A stretch of 64,000 bases of DNA, taken from Ascidiella aspersa. Its lineage: Eukaryota. The stretch lies in assembly GCA_963924565.1 (NCBI GenBank), contig OZ004614.1, positions 8,556,001 through 8,620,000 on the forward strand, given 5' to 3'. The stretch's first letter is position 1. Each line of letters starts with the position of its first letter. The position numbers were made by a program, and so were the translations under genes. The notes beneath the pieces were generated by a model. That model did not search any database. It saw nothing but the letters and a program-made list of their open reading frames with translations, and had not been told where the DNA came from. Of the stretch, positions 52,333-64,000 are shown in pieces.

Positions 52333-53854
52333 CTTTCGACCCTTTGCTAAAACGTGGTTCATTCTGGCCTGTACCATCAACTTTCCTTAAACCAGAACAA
52401 TCTCATTTTTATATTAATACTAAAACTTGTAAACAGTAACCTCATTTTGTCGAGTTTATGATTGCTGTTATCACTGGATATTATTTAAAAAAATATATAT
52501 GACGTCAATGAACCAACATTCAATAGGTTGTGTCGAATATAAATGTCTACGAAAGTTCGGATGTACATCGACTTCGCAGAAAAAGTTTTATCACCGAAGT
52601 TTGATTGTTTAGTGGAGTTTTACTGGTTTACGACTTCCGAGCCTAAACAAACAACGATTACCCTTTCCTTAAAGTTTTTATGAGTCTACTCCATCTTGTC
52701 TTGGACGGCATGTATGGTTGTATCTCTATTGTTCTATTGCTACAGCGGCAAATTTATTTTGATAAATGATACGGAAATGCAGCAATAACTTAAAAAAATA
52801 ACATCAGCGTCGGAATAAATCCAGTTTTGAAATAAGTCCAAAATAAAGAGATTTAAACCACCTAACCCAAAACACCCCCTCCTTAATTCACCACCAATGT
52901 CACCAAAAAATCCAATCCTTAAAAAAAGGTTTAAGAAACGTACTGACCTAAATAAACGGTACGTCAGAAATGTTTCTGACAAGATTCGGCTTGCTAGTTT
53001 GTACGGTGCCGCTCTTTTGGCACTTCATTGTTTGAACCTTTCAGGGGTTAGGGAAGTTAGTGACAAAAGTAGGAGTGGGGTTAGATAAAAGGTTGTTCAT
53101 AGGCCTTACTCTCAACATTTGGGTCGGTTCCAATTTAGAAGTTATCAAGACAATTGGTTTAGTCTGATTTAGAGATTTATTTCTACATTTATGTGTTTCT
53201 AAATTCGTTTTATAGGCTGGAGTACCTTTCAAGATATGCAACTATAAAGCCTGTGTTGTAAATTATTGCGAGAAATTTAAGAGAAATATACCCGAAAATA
53301 TTTTCGCTATAATGCAATTGGTAAACGCATTTTTTTCCTTATTGGTGTCTCATTTCTTTACTTTTTCTATCATTCCTTATTAGCAAAAGTTGAGGGAACC
53401 GCAAATTATTTATAGGCTGAATCTGAAAAACAAATTTGATTTGTTGTTTTTGTGTCTGTTTTTGTAACTTTTGTTTTGCTTTGGTTTTTGTAACTTTTGC
53501 CTGCAACCACCAAGGAAATGTCATCAAACTCAAACGTAACAATTCATCAACAAACTTAAACGTAACAATTCTACTTTCGTTTTATTTGCCGGAAAAAAAT
53601 GTCCTCTTTTTGGGTGCTGAAAATATGGTAGTCCTCCAAAGCAAGTTTATTTTTTTAATTGTTCTAACAAATCATAATCAATTGCTGTTTTTTTCGTAAT
53701 AATAAGTTCAAAAGCAGAAAAAAAGACTGTGCCACGCCCCTGGAAAATTGAAACGAGGCACTAAGTGACTAGGAAGTCGCGACGCACAGATGAGAACCTC
53801 TACAATGTGTTGCCCATAGCTCTTTAAGCTAATGTGCTATCAAACGTTTTAGAA

Positions 53855-54586
53855 CAGGGGTCGGCAACCTTTTTCTAGTCGCGGGCCAAAACCAAACTCA
53901 AAAAGGTCTCCTCGGGCCGCACAAAATGATAACTAAGAATTGTGTTATTTTCATGTTAGAATAACTGTGAATCAGCCGGGCCTCGGATCGTTTTTGCCCT
54001 TAAAATGTGTTTAATTACGTTTACGGAGGCAGTAAAGTTTTGGCGCTAAGTGCGAAAAAAAGCGTTGGTTTGATTTAAAATTCAAGTTCACACGTCGTCA
54101 TCCGTACTACTGATAAAAGTGTAATAAAAGTAATTTTAGGAAACGCGATAACATTTAAAGTTAATCTAGGTCGGTGTTTGTTAGTTTTTAAGTCAAGACC
54201 CACCTGGTAAGCGAAGCGAGCGGGTTTTCTTTTTTTTTCTTTTAATCTTCTTGCAAGTTTTTATTACGTTGCCGAAAATAAAAAAAATGGTAAAAAATAT
54301 ATCTCCAACATTTTGAATACGTTTTCCGTGACGCACTTAGCGGCCTTCCACGGCGCAACGGTAAAAAAGCGTTGATCTTGGTAAAAACACCGCAGCAAAA
54401 CGTGAACAAACAGGACGTAGAATGTTGGTTCGCGCTAAGCGCGAAAAATTTTTGCACTTACGTAGTTAAAATAGTCAAAAAGTATAAGAAATCGACTCGT
54501 TTCTAATTTGTCAAAGAGGTGGCGGGCCGGATGAATTACATCGGCGGGCCGGATCCGGCCCGCGGGCCGTAGGTTGCCGACCCCTG
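53855..54586. mobile_element. hAT (Buster/Charlie-like) non-autonomous element
   Basis: TIR CAGGGGTCGGCAACCT..AGGTTGCCGACCCCTG, perfect TSD ttttagaa; colinear with 15245-15996. Confidence 0.9.
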
Positions 54587-57500
54587 TTTTAGAACAACAT
54601 ATAAAAAGTTCGCCAGCACATCTCTCCTACCATGGAAAGTCTTTTTATTGAATCAGTCGTTCCCAATCTTTTTTAGTCGCAGACTCCTTTTAAACAATTT
54701 CAAGCTTAGGAATCCTTAACTTTTCCAATACCAATCCTAAACAATAACTTTGGAAACTATTTGACTACAAAGCGATCGTTAAACGCTATACTTCGGTCAA
54801 ATTAAATAAAAATTTCTAATACATTAAATTAAATGACACAGTTAACAAATATACCAATCTGACCTAACCCAAAACTCCCCTGCCTTAATTAACCACTATC
54901 TACATTCCACATTTGCAAAGAGACGAATTAAGCATGAACGAGTTTAGTATTTTAGCTATATTCATTATTGTTACAACCTGGTCCTTGAACAACTAATTTA
55001 ACGTTGTTATTATGACCAAGAAGAAATTGCTTGAAAAGCGTATTTTTAGTATGACCGAAAACGTACTTTAAGTATATGGGAGAGGCCATACATAAATTAT
55101 TTTTACTAAATTTTTTAAGAAAAAAGGAGATTTTTTTTCGAAAAAATTAATTGTTTTAATCTCTTATAATCGTTTGAACATTCGCCTTAACGTACTGAAA
55201 TCTAACGTATTTTGAATCATAAAATGGCACAGAGGTGACCTGCACGGGTTTTTTCTACTAACCATTTATAACCGATTTGATTGCCAAATTCTGAACACTA
55301 GTCAAATGTCCGATTTGCTACTGCTTCGCTTCAAAGCGGATCAATTTTCCCACCCCCCCGGAATCTTCTCACCGACCCCTTGGGGCCTCCTTGTGACGTC
55401 AATATTAAACTTTGTATTTAGATACCTCGCGACACATTTTCCTAGTTAAAAAGTAGCAAATGTAGAACACAGTAATTCAAATACGGCCATAGGTTAATCC
55501 TTCGGCCCTGTGGCATATTTTCATAATTAGGGTAAAATACAATATCAGGAGCCCTAAAGATTATCCGATTAGGTAATCGAAACGTAAGTGTTTTTTAAAA
55601 GCTTTTGCACTGTACCACTTTACTTGTTTAGAATTAACGTAACAAAAAAGTTAGCAGAATAATCAGATTCAAGTCGGTGAAATTCGACACAAAATTTTGG
55701 ATCTGATCCTTTGTTAAGAACTCTTCTGACACTTTGGGAATGACCTCTGTTCTAAATGCCAAAAAACTCCAATCTTAGCATTAACACACATACACCATAG
55801 AGTCTCTTTCAATTCTTGTATTTCATACTGCAAATAGGAATACGACGCTAAAGTTTCAACAATAAATTAGGTCATGCTAGTCGGGACGCAGGTTAAAATA
55901 AAGAGTCGAAAAATCAGCGAGTGAACATTTTGCAAGTGGCAACGAATGATAAATTTAAAACTCGGTAAGACTGGCGTGGTGCTTACAAAGTTTTAACCGT
56001 GTTATGCGACTTTGTAGTTTTATGTTTATGTAAGGTGATAGAAAATCGCAAAATTGTGTGCAGTTCATAATTACTTTGCAAACTCAGTAAAAGTTTTGCT
56101 CCAGAACAATCAACACGGGCAATAAACACTGGTGCAAGTTTAAATCACGTTTATAGTGGAAAGCGACACCGGCTTGTATCGGTATTTGTTAATCGCATGT
56201 TTTCTTCTCAATATCGTTGACGGCGTGCACTTTGTCAGGGTTTAAAACAGGTAAAATACGTGTTACATTGCACGAAAGTTCTCTGCTAAAAAGAGCTTCC
56301 GCTGAGGTAAGCCATTCGCAGCTACACTTACCAATCGGAAACATAGATATAAGATATATAGCGAAACAAAACGGTAAAAAACAAACGAAAGCTTTCAAAA
56401 TCATGAGAACAATACGGAAGGTTATAATCAAGTTTATATACTGTCGATCTACGGGAGTTGCACAGTGGCGAAATTGATTTAACAGCTAAACTCAAGTTTA
56501 TTTTTCAAACGTATGGCGGTTTGTTGTCATATGCCCTTGCGCCACATAGATATTTTTTTTGTTGTTGGTTAAAAAACCTAAAAACCAACAATAAACCTGG
56601 GCAACTGAAAGTGTGCAACGTGCTTTTTGTAATATGCAGCTACAAATGCGATAACAATAAGTAAGTAATATGACCAAATATGGGCGACAAAGGTTGGAAG
56701 TGGAACACAAAAACTAATTAAACGACAAAGCTCGTGTTTCGAACAAATTTGAAATAGAACGCGATAGTGCCTATTGCCGCTTTATCAAAATGCTGTTGTT
56801 TGTTGAAGTGCCACCGTTGTGGGACAGTTTTGCCTCCGGACAACGTAATGTTCAAACAGCCATTGTGGCTTCAGTGAAGATTCAAACTGTGCAACAAAAC
56901 ACCCGATTGTCTTTTGTTGGTTAAAGGAAGTTTTCGAGTTGGAACATTTTTTCTTTACTGGAGTATAATAGTTTTTAGCCAAATTGCCATTCTATGGTAA
57001 ATCAAAACTTTTGGGACACTTTTCGACAAATCCAATGTCTGTTTAAATTTACTATTTATCGTTTAAGGGCTTCGAAGTTCGCAAAAATTAATCAACAGTC
57101 AAAAATTTTGAAGAACTTTTCCGAGACGGCATGTTTTAACTGAAGGCCTATCCGTTTAAAAAAAATTTTTTCAGTTCAATTCTAGAAATTACGAAATGCG
57201 CAACATTGCAAACTAAATTCCGGCTTATTGTTTAGTTGTTTTTACTGCGCTACATTTTATTATTTTAATTTAACAAAAACATGTCATTTATAAAAATACT
57301 TTTTCGTGATGGCACTTTAACATTGTTCGACAAACGGATGGTATCACTTTCGATGTTTTTACCGCAACACAAGCCCGGTTAAACGTGTTAAATTTAATAA
57401 TGGCGAAAGCGCGACTCGCAACTCAAAAAAGGGTAAAAAGCGATGACGTCATGGCTGTTAAAGGTCAAATAGCAAAAGCTCAAAGGTTAGGCAAAGGTTG

Positions 57501-57934
57501 ACGCGAGCAAAGCAGGATATCCGTGACAAGAAAAACACTTTAGCGAACTGAAATCGTTGCGGCTATAAGAGCAGAAAAAATCGGGTACGGAATGTTTTTG
57601 CGGTCTCGGCGAACGGTTTAATTCCGTATTGGGTAAATTCTGTCCTTTAAAATAACCTGTTTGGCAGCAATTCATCAATTGAAAAAGTCGTCCATGAGCT
57701 ATTTAGCGATTAATCAATATGTTCACACAGACGAATTTTCTAAAATACATTGTCGTTAAAAAAATCTAGTTTCATTGTTCTAATTTGTACTATAAATTAG
57801 AAGTCTTAGAAAAAATGGGGTTAAAAAACTCCATGTCTAAACAAAAGATAAAGTACTCGGAAAAGTAATCGCTGTGGTCGAGCAAAAAAGATCACTTTTT
57901 AGTTTTTGCTGTGCCTTACTAATCACAGGGACTT

Positions 57935-58470
57935 GAATTTAACGAAAGAAAACGCAGCAACAGTCGACTTCTCGGCGAGTAAATTTACTCTTTACTCGCC
58001 CGACAAGGAAAAAATGCACGTAGGTTATTTTCTGCTGCGAGGCTTCTACAAAACGCACAGGCTTCACTTAAACGAATAAAAAAGCAGCAATAGCAGAGTA
58101 GTCGAGTAAACACTCGCTACTCGCCAGACAGGACGAGTCGAAAAAATGTAGTTGCTTAATTTTTGCTGCTGTGACACTTTTACAAAACGGAGAGAATTCA
58201 CTTAAACGTATAAGAAGCAGCAACGGTTAAGGTACTCGACGAGTATTTACTCGCTACTCGCCCGACGAGTAAAAAAATATATTTTGCTGCTATAGCCCTT
58301 TTAAAACCCACATAGAGTTCAGTTAAACGTAAGAAATAGCAACAGCAAAGATACTCGACGAGTAATTTCTCGCTACTCGTCCGAGTTGAAAATAATACCA
58401 TTTTGTTGCAAAAGCGCTTATAAAAACCGCACAGAGTTCGTTTAAACGAGAGGAAAAACAGCAGCAGCAT
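57935..58470. repeat. Diverged tandem array, ~4.3 units of 120-135 bp with internal palindromes
   Basis: Units start near 57935, 58067, 58201, 58322, 58441: ttaaacg..gcagcaa..ctcgacgagta..actcgctactcg..aaaaaa..ttttgctgc..caaaac.ca.agagttca. Confidence 0.85.
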
Positions 58471-58485
58471 CAACAGAAGCTGTAA

Positions 58486-58740
58486 TCAGGTACCGCTCGG
58501 CTTGACCTTCTTAGTGTTGTAGTGTCGTATAAGCTGCGACTGCGAGACGACGCCGCCCTCTTCTTGAGAGAAGGCAAAACCGTGGTTGGCGTCGGGCAGG
58601 GATCGAACCGACGAACTTCGAAGCCGCTCATCGTCCAGCCCGAAGTGCCGCGACACGTTGTCATCTTGCGAGTCTGAGCGGCTTGCCATGCCGAACATGT
58701 TCTTCAGAAGGTGCGCCTTCTCAGAAAGGCTGCGCACGAT
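58486..58740 (-). other. GC-rich orphan coding-like fragment of unknown origin
   Basis: 83-codon frame (RSLSEKAHLLKNMFGMASRSDSQDDNVSRHFGLDDERL..HYNTKKVKPSGT*) with GC-rich third positions in AT-rich surroundings; no family recognised. Confidence 0.4.
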
Positions 58741-60221
58741 TTTCGTTATTTTTTTTTAAAGAAGGGGAATATGCGTAAAAGGGTAAGGATTAAAAAATAT
58801 AAACAATTGGTTTTTTTAGTCATAAGTCATCAGGCTTAGGTGGGAAAATTGATCGGCTACAAATGCAGAAAAACACAAGTTTTAAAAAGGTATTACACAA
58901 ATTAAAAAATGGCGTAAATTTTTGAACAGTGTTAGAATGGTTTGGACAACACTTTGGCAACGATTCATAAAGAAAAATCCTTCATTTATAAGTTTTTGTT
59001 TTTAAACATCGTGCTTTATTTGTTATTAAATAAAGACAGCGTTTCAATAAAAAATGGTCTCAACAAACAACTTTACAGCACTAGTTTAGTTTGATTATGC
59101 TAAAAAATTAAGAGTTAGATTTGATTTTTTGCTATAGTTAGAACAGATTACTATTTTTATGGCTAAATGAAAAAAATAGATTTGTCATGCTTACAACAGT
59201 TAGGAATGATTTAGTATATAAATTTAAAACTATAAAATGAAAAAAAAAATTGTTGATATTTCAACGTAAATGTTTGATGAATTATAATGTAAAAACATAT
59301 TTGGGATCCAATTCCATCAGATTATAATAAATTCTGTTAAAGATAAAAACATGTTCCAATATAGCAGGCAAAACTTAAATAAAAAATTAAAAGTAATACT
59401 TTTATTCAAACAAAACCCTGGCCATGCAACTAAAAGCCAACTTCTAATTTAGCAAAATCACCTATTTGCCCATTAAATATCCGTTTCTTTGCAAATCACA
59501 GTTAAAGCTGTTTTATTCAATGCCAAAAACATGATTAAATAGCTTTAACCAAATTATATTTATTACTGCCAGCCATAGTTCTTATTCAATGAAAACTCAA
59601 ATTAAATTTTCAGACAAACTGATAGCAAAATAAAATATTGGCTACCATTTCTTCTTCATTCACTAAAACAAGTGCTCCACAAAAACTCCAATTGGACCAT
59701 AAACAAGTTTGTCGCGTTTCCTAGAACATAAAACAACGGGGACATACTAATAGTATAGAAATCAGGAGGCAATGTTAAACGACAATACAGTTCGTCGTTC
59801 AACGGAAGCACCTGATTTCCATATTTAGAATTATACAAATGCGGCTAAAACAAAGTTTATATACAGGGTTTATATTAAATTAAAACTTTCACTCGCCAAA
59901 AATGCGTTTTGGACATTTATGATAATTTGTCGCAAATCAACATAATGAGTCCAGTAGGTCTGATAACAACAACCTATTTTTGCTAAGGCACTTGCAGCCG
60001 GAGAGTTGTTGCTAATCACTTGGCCAGAGCGAATAGCACTCACATATGCAAGATACCAACCCTAATATCGTTTTTTAAACATATTTTTTTCTTACGTTTC
60101 AGTGTTTTGGGCAGTCCAACAAAATACACCATATCACACAAAAAAAAAATGATTACGAAGAGTCCGAACAATAAATTTTAAGAGTTTGATTTGTTAATCT
60201 AAATAAATTTTACAAATATTA

Positions 60222-60496
60222 AGGCCCGTTTACACTACAGCTGCACTGGGCGTGGAATTGTTTTCACTGCAGCTGCAGTGAGCTGCGCTGGGCGTAAATA
60301 TCGCGACAAAACGTAATGTTTTTCTATAGCTGCACTGGGCTTGAATTTAGCAAAGCGTGGAAATCGCTCCAAAGCGTATTTTTTTTCCAGCTGCACGGGG
60401 CTTGAGTTTAGCAAAGCGTGAAACGCTCGCCACAATAGACTTTAAATGCAAATTACGCCCAGCGCAGCTCAGTGCAGCTGTAGTGTAAACGGGCCT
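60222..60496. mobile_element. PIF/Harbinger-type (Tourist-like) MITE
   Basis: TIR AGGCCCGTTTACACTACAGCTGCACTG, 3-bp TSD TTA on both sides. Confidence 0.85.
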
Positions 60497-61194
60497 TTAC
60501 AGTTGTAAACTTGATTAGAAAATGCTACATTTCGAAAAAAAATAACAGCCTACAGTTGGTGATATAAAAGCAGCTGTAGGTATTCACTTTGTTACAAGTA
60601 ACACCAGAACCGAACTACTAAAAGCACCCTGGCTCTACAAATCTACTCAAAGGTGAATATATACCATCGATTTTTAATATCTGGAGGTTGTTGAGAACGA
60701 TCCAGGTGACTCCATGGTTACATACTTGTAATACACACTTAAGAAAATAAAAACAAGGATAAACCCCATAAAAAACTGAAGTATCAACCTAAATCTAATA
60801 AAACATATAAGAATCAACCCAATAAAGGCTCAGGGATAGAAATGACAATCCTAACATAAAACTGAAATGTACCACAGGTTTGCAATGCAATTTTAACAAC
60901 TCAAACCTGAATTAAAAATAAAAAAACTGAAAAAAAAATAGGTGTAAAAAATTAACAAAACAAAAACTCCACTCAAAAACTTACAAAAAGTTTAAACATT
61001 TGTTTGCATAGTTGGAACTACTTATTTTTATATGACTTTTAGTAATGAAAAAATGTCATAGTTTACGGTGTAAGAAAGTGCTGTATCGGGCATGAAAGAT
61101 TTTTTTTAAATATTATGTTTTATCGTCAGGTTGTTCTAACTATTAAAAATATAAAAAAATCATAAAACAGTGAAAAAACAAGATATCGTGTTTA

Positions 61195-63120
61195 TGTTAA
61201 AGCGCCTTTGCATTACAACCGATTTTCAGTAAGAGGAAAACGATTTGTTCAGCAAAGTGATAGCAGAAAAACGGGCTTCGAACATTCTCTTTAAGATCCG
61301 ATAATAGAGCAGTAAAGTATGATACGCTACTTTGTGAACAACCAGCCTAAAAAAATCACCAATCAATCATCCAAGGAAGTACACCTACTTTTTGAACGAG
61401 ATGTTGCGACATAATTCAAGCAAAAAAAATACAGAAAAAAAATAACATTTTTTAGGCTTTTTAATAGTGATGTATATTCCTACTAACAGTGATATAGGCT
61501 TCGCCGTTTTTCACCCATCCAACATAGATATCGGCGTTGACCATTGAACCACCAGATGATAACCCGATTTTAGCAGTAAAAAACACGTTCATGTGAAGGT
61601 TAGTATGGAGTTTGGGTCGTGTTTTGCAGCAGTGGTTCCCAACCCATGACTGGAATTCACTCTGGCTTATGTGAAACTAAATTGGAGAGTCGCATGTTTT
61701 TCGCAACAGATAAGTGCGTCAAAAGGACAAAAAAGTTAGAAACCCTATTTCACATCAACCATTATATGTCGTGAAAAAGTCATCATACTGGTATCAGCAT
61801 ACCGTTTAATTGCAATTGCTGTTTTTACATACATATAGTAACTTACAATCAACCAAACTATTCCAACTGACAGAAGCAATACCTCGAAAGTGATGTGGGT
61901 ATCGTTAAAGTCCCAGGAGAGTGTAAAAGCTCCATTTGCATCCAGCGGAGCTTTATGTGGAAGATTTATCGCAAGTGAAACACCTCCGAAGAACGCCAAG
62001 CAAAATATCACGCTGAATTGAGCCATTTTGGAACAGCAATTGCCCTAAGTCTGAAGCTACAATAAAGCCTTTCTTAACATATTAATTATATAAGTGTTAT
62101 AAAATATCCAAATATTGTGTTATGTTCGGTGAAGTATAGTTTAAGCACTATTTGAATTAAATGTAGCTCAATATGCATGATATATTTCAGTTTTAATCAC
62201 AATAAGCACAATGCAACAAATACAGAAAAGGCCTAAACTTTTTAAGAAATAAGAGACTCCGTTTTAGGCGGGCTTGCTAGAGTTAGCATTAATTTAAAAA
62301 CATAAAAATTCATCTCAAATTTTCTGTCAATATCAGGAAAAGAGGTAGATTGTTCTACGAGTTTACTACCAGCACAATCAATCTCCTTGTGCTTCCGAGA
62401 CGTGTTACATTGGCACTATTTTAAAATATTTACCTTAATAAATTGAACCTGAATAAAAGTGTGTACTTCTGTATTTCAACCTTTGCTGAAATCAGCTGGT
62501 TCATTCTGGCCTGTACCACTAACTTTACTTTAAACCAGAACCTATCTCACTGTTAAAGTAAGCCTAAAACTCCTAAACATTAAAACAACATTTTGTCGAA
62601 TTTATGATTGCTGTTATATCACTTGTTATTATTTTTTGAAGCATACATGACGTAAATGTACTTTGTGATGACACCGGACTAACATTCAATAAGTTGTGTT
62701 GCCTACAAAAGTTAGGATTTATATCGACTTTCCAGAAAAAAGTTTTATCACCGAAGTTTGATTGTTTAGTGACGTTTTACTGGTTTACGACTTCCGAGCC
62801 TAAACAAACGACGATCAACTTTTCTGAAAATATGTCGTTATTGTCCTGGACAGCCTGTTTATCTGTATCTTTATTGTTTTATTGCTACAGCGGCAAATTT
62901 GTTTTGATAATAACTTACAAAAACGCAGTAAACTTCGAAAAAATAACATTAAAATCGGAATAAACCCAGTTCAGAATAAAATCCAAATAAAAAAATTAAA
63001 CAACCTCTAACCTAACCCAAAGCTTCTCTCCTTAATTCACCACCACCAAAAATTCCAACCCTAAGTCTGCATGTTGGAAAAGGTTAAGAAACATACTGAG
63101 CTAAGTTGGAATTGTTTCTG
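61195..63120. repeat. Diverged segmental duplicate of ~50320-52980 (MOXD1 upstream region, exons 1-2, introns)
   Basis: Colinear similarity in non-coding DNA as well, e.g. ttgcattacaac..ttttcagtaa.aggaaaacg.tttgttcagcaa and aaaaagttttatcaccgaagtttgattgtttagtg occur in both. Confidence 0.85.
61488..62026 (-). pseudogene. Truncated paralogue of the MOXD1-like gene (exon 1 intact, exon 2 partly deleted, no further exons seen)
   Basis: Exon 1 at 62026-61883 (MAQFSVIFCLAFFGGVSLAINLPHKAPLDANGAFTLSWDFNDTHITFE) is nearly identical to 51356-51213. Only the 3' part of exon 2 remains (61488-61568, IGLSSGGSMVNADIYVGWVKNGEAYIT); its acceptor and first codons are deleted. Confidence 0.8.
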
Positions 63121-63553
63121 ACATGTCAGGATTTTTAATGTTACACATTGCTTCACAAAGTAATTTTTACTCAGGTGAATCAAGTTTGGTTAAAACAATT
63201 AAAAAGGGTCGTTTAGTTCCACAATTTAAAGCGACAAATCATTCCACAGTAGCCTACATTCTTTGTGCCGCTACATGTTGTGATCCAACCTGTCATGAAT
63301 GTGTCCGTCATTTTTGCCCGTTAAAAATGGCAACCCAGTCTAATTGCCACCTTAAATTTTAGCGCAATCGATCATTGAAGCGGGCATCAAATTGCAGAGT
63401 TGGAATGCTATTCGTTTGAAAGGAATTGATTTGGCTGGTTCCTCTGAACAAATAACAGGTTTTGTATTGTAATTTGGGAACACGAATATCTGTTACCGTA
63501 CTCAAAACAATGACTCAAAGCGTGTTAGGTTACGAGTTGCCTAGGGCCTAGGC

Positions 63554-63852
63554 CAGTGGTTCTTAACCAGGGTTCGATCGAACCCTTGGGGTTCGACGCA
63601 GCTGTTTCAAGGTTTCGGTCAGAACGTCCTCTGAAACATAAATTCGAATCTCTTTTATGCGCCAAGGTGTCACGTAAAGTTATTAATTGAAAGTTCCAAT
63701 TTAACCTATATAAATGCAAGTTTATAATTTGAATATGCCCAGTTTCAGCTGCTAGGAGGATAAAACGAAAATTGAGCAAATATTTGGAGTTCTACGAACG
63801 CTTGCAAAATAGCATAGGGGTTCGACAGGTTACCATAGGTTAAGAACCACTG
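63554..63852. mobile_element. hAT-type MITE
   Basis: TIR CAGTGGTTCTTAACC..GGTTAAGAACCACTG, perfect TSD gcctaggc, GGGTTCGA repeats. Confidence 0.88.
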
Positions 63853-64000
63853 GCCTAGGCGAAGAGATGTTAATCCCTATGCAAAAACAAAGTAGGACAA
63901 TATTCTTGCTTGTGATGTTTGTTGTGAGGTAAAGTCGTTTGTCTGTGCCTGTGAAACAACAACAAAAAATAAGGATGGTACAGTAGGCCTATTGTTAATG

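Noticed and set aside
53300-57900. Several 60-90 aa ORFs
   Set aside because: No recognisable motifs, codon bias or consistent splice pattern; treated as intergenic or repeat DNA
57935-58470. CRISPR-like array
   Set aside because: Whole units are homologous with no unique spacers, there are no cas genes, and the context is eukaryotic

Overview
AT-rich, intron-rich animal genomic DNA, not prokaryotic. Composition, MITE load and gene content suggest a marine invertebrate, possibly a tunicate (inference). Most short ORFs in the track are exon fragments or noise. I reconstructed two convergent spliced genes by hand. (1) A + strand gene (>=40 exons, 9930-36489, about 1,500 aa, start unresolved) is built from six copies of an ~220-aa domain I cannot name, each encoded by the same 6-exon cassette, plus three single-exon thrombospondin type-1 (TSR) modules (R1-R2-T-R3-T-R4-R5-T-R6). 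(2) A complete 15-exon, 647-aa DBH-like copper monooxygenase (MOXD1-like) lies on the - strand (51356-38621), with a truncated duplicate of its 5' end at ~61.2-63.1 kb. Also present: a decayed Penelope-like retroelement with a hammerhead ribozyme in a MOXD1 intron; a second hammerhead-like fold-back; a 3.5-kb tandem duplication with templated filler at its junction; many hAT, Harbinger and Helitron-like non-autonomous elements; apparent TA(GGC)TA transposon footprints; and an orphan GC-rich coding island beside a palindromic ~125-bp tandem array.
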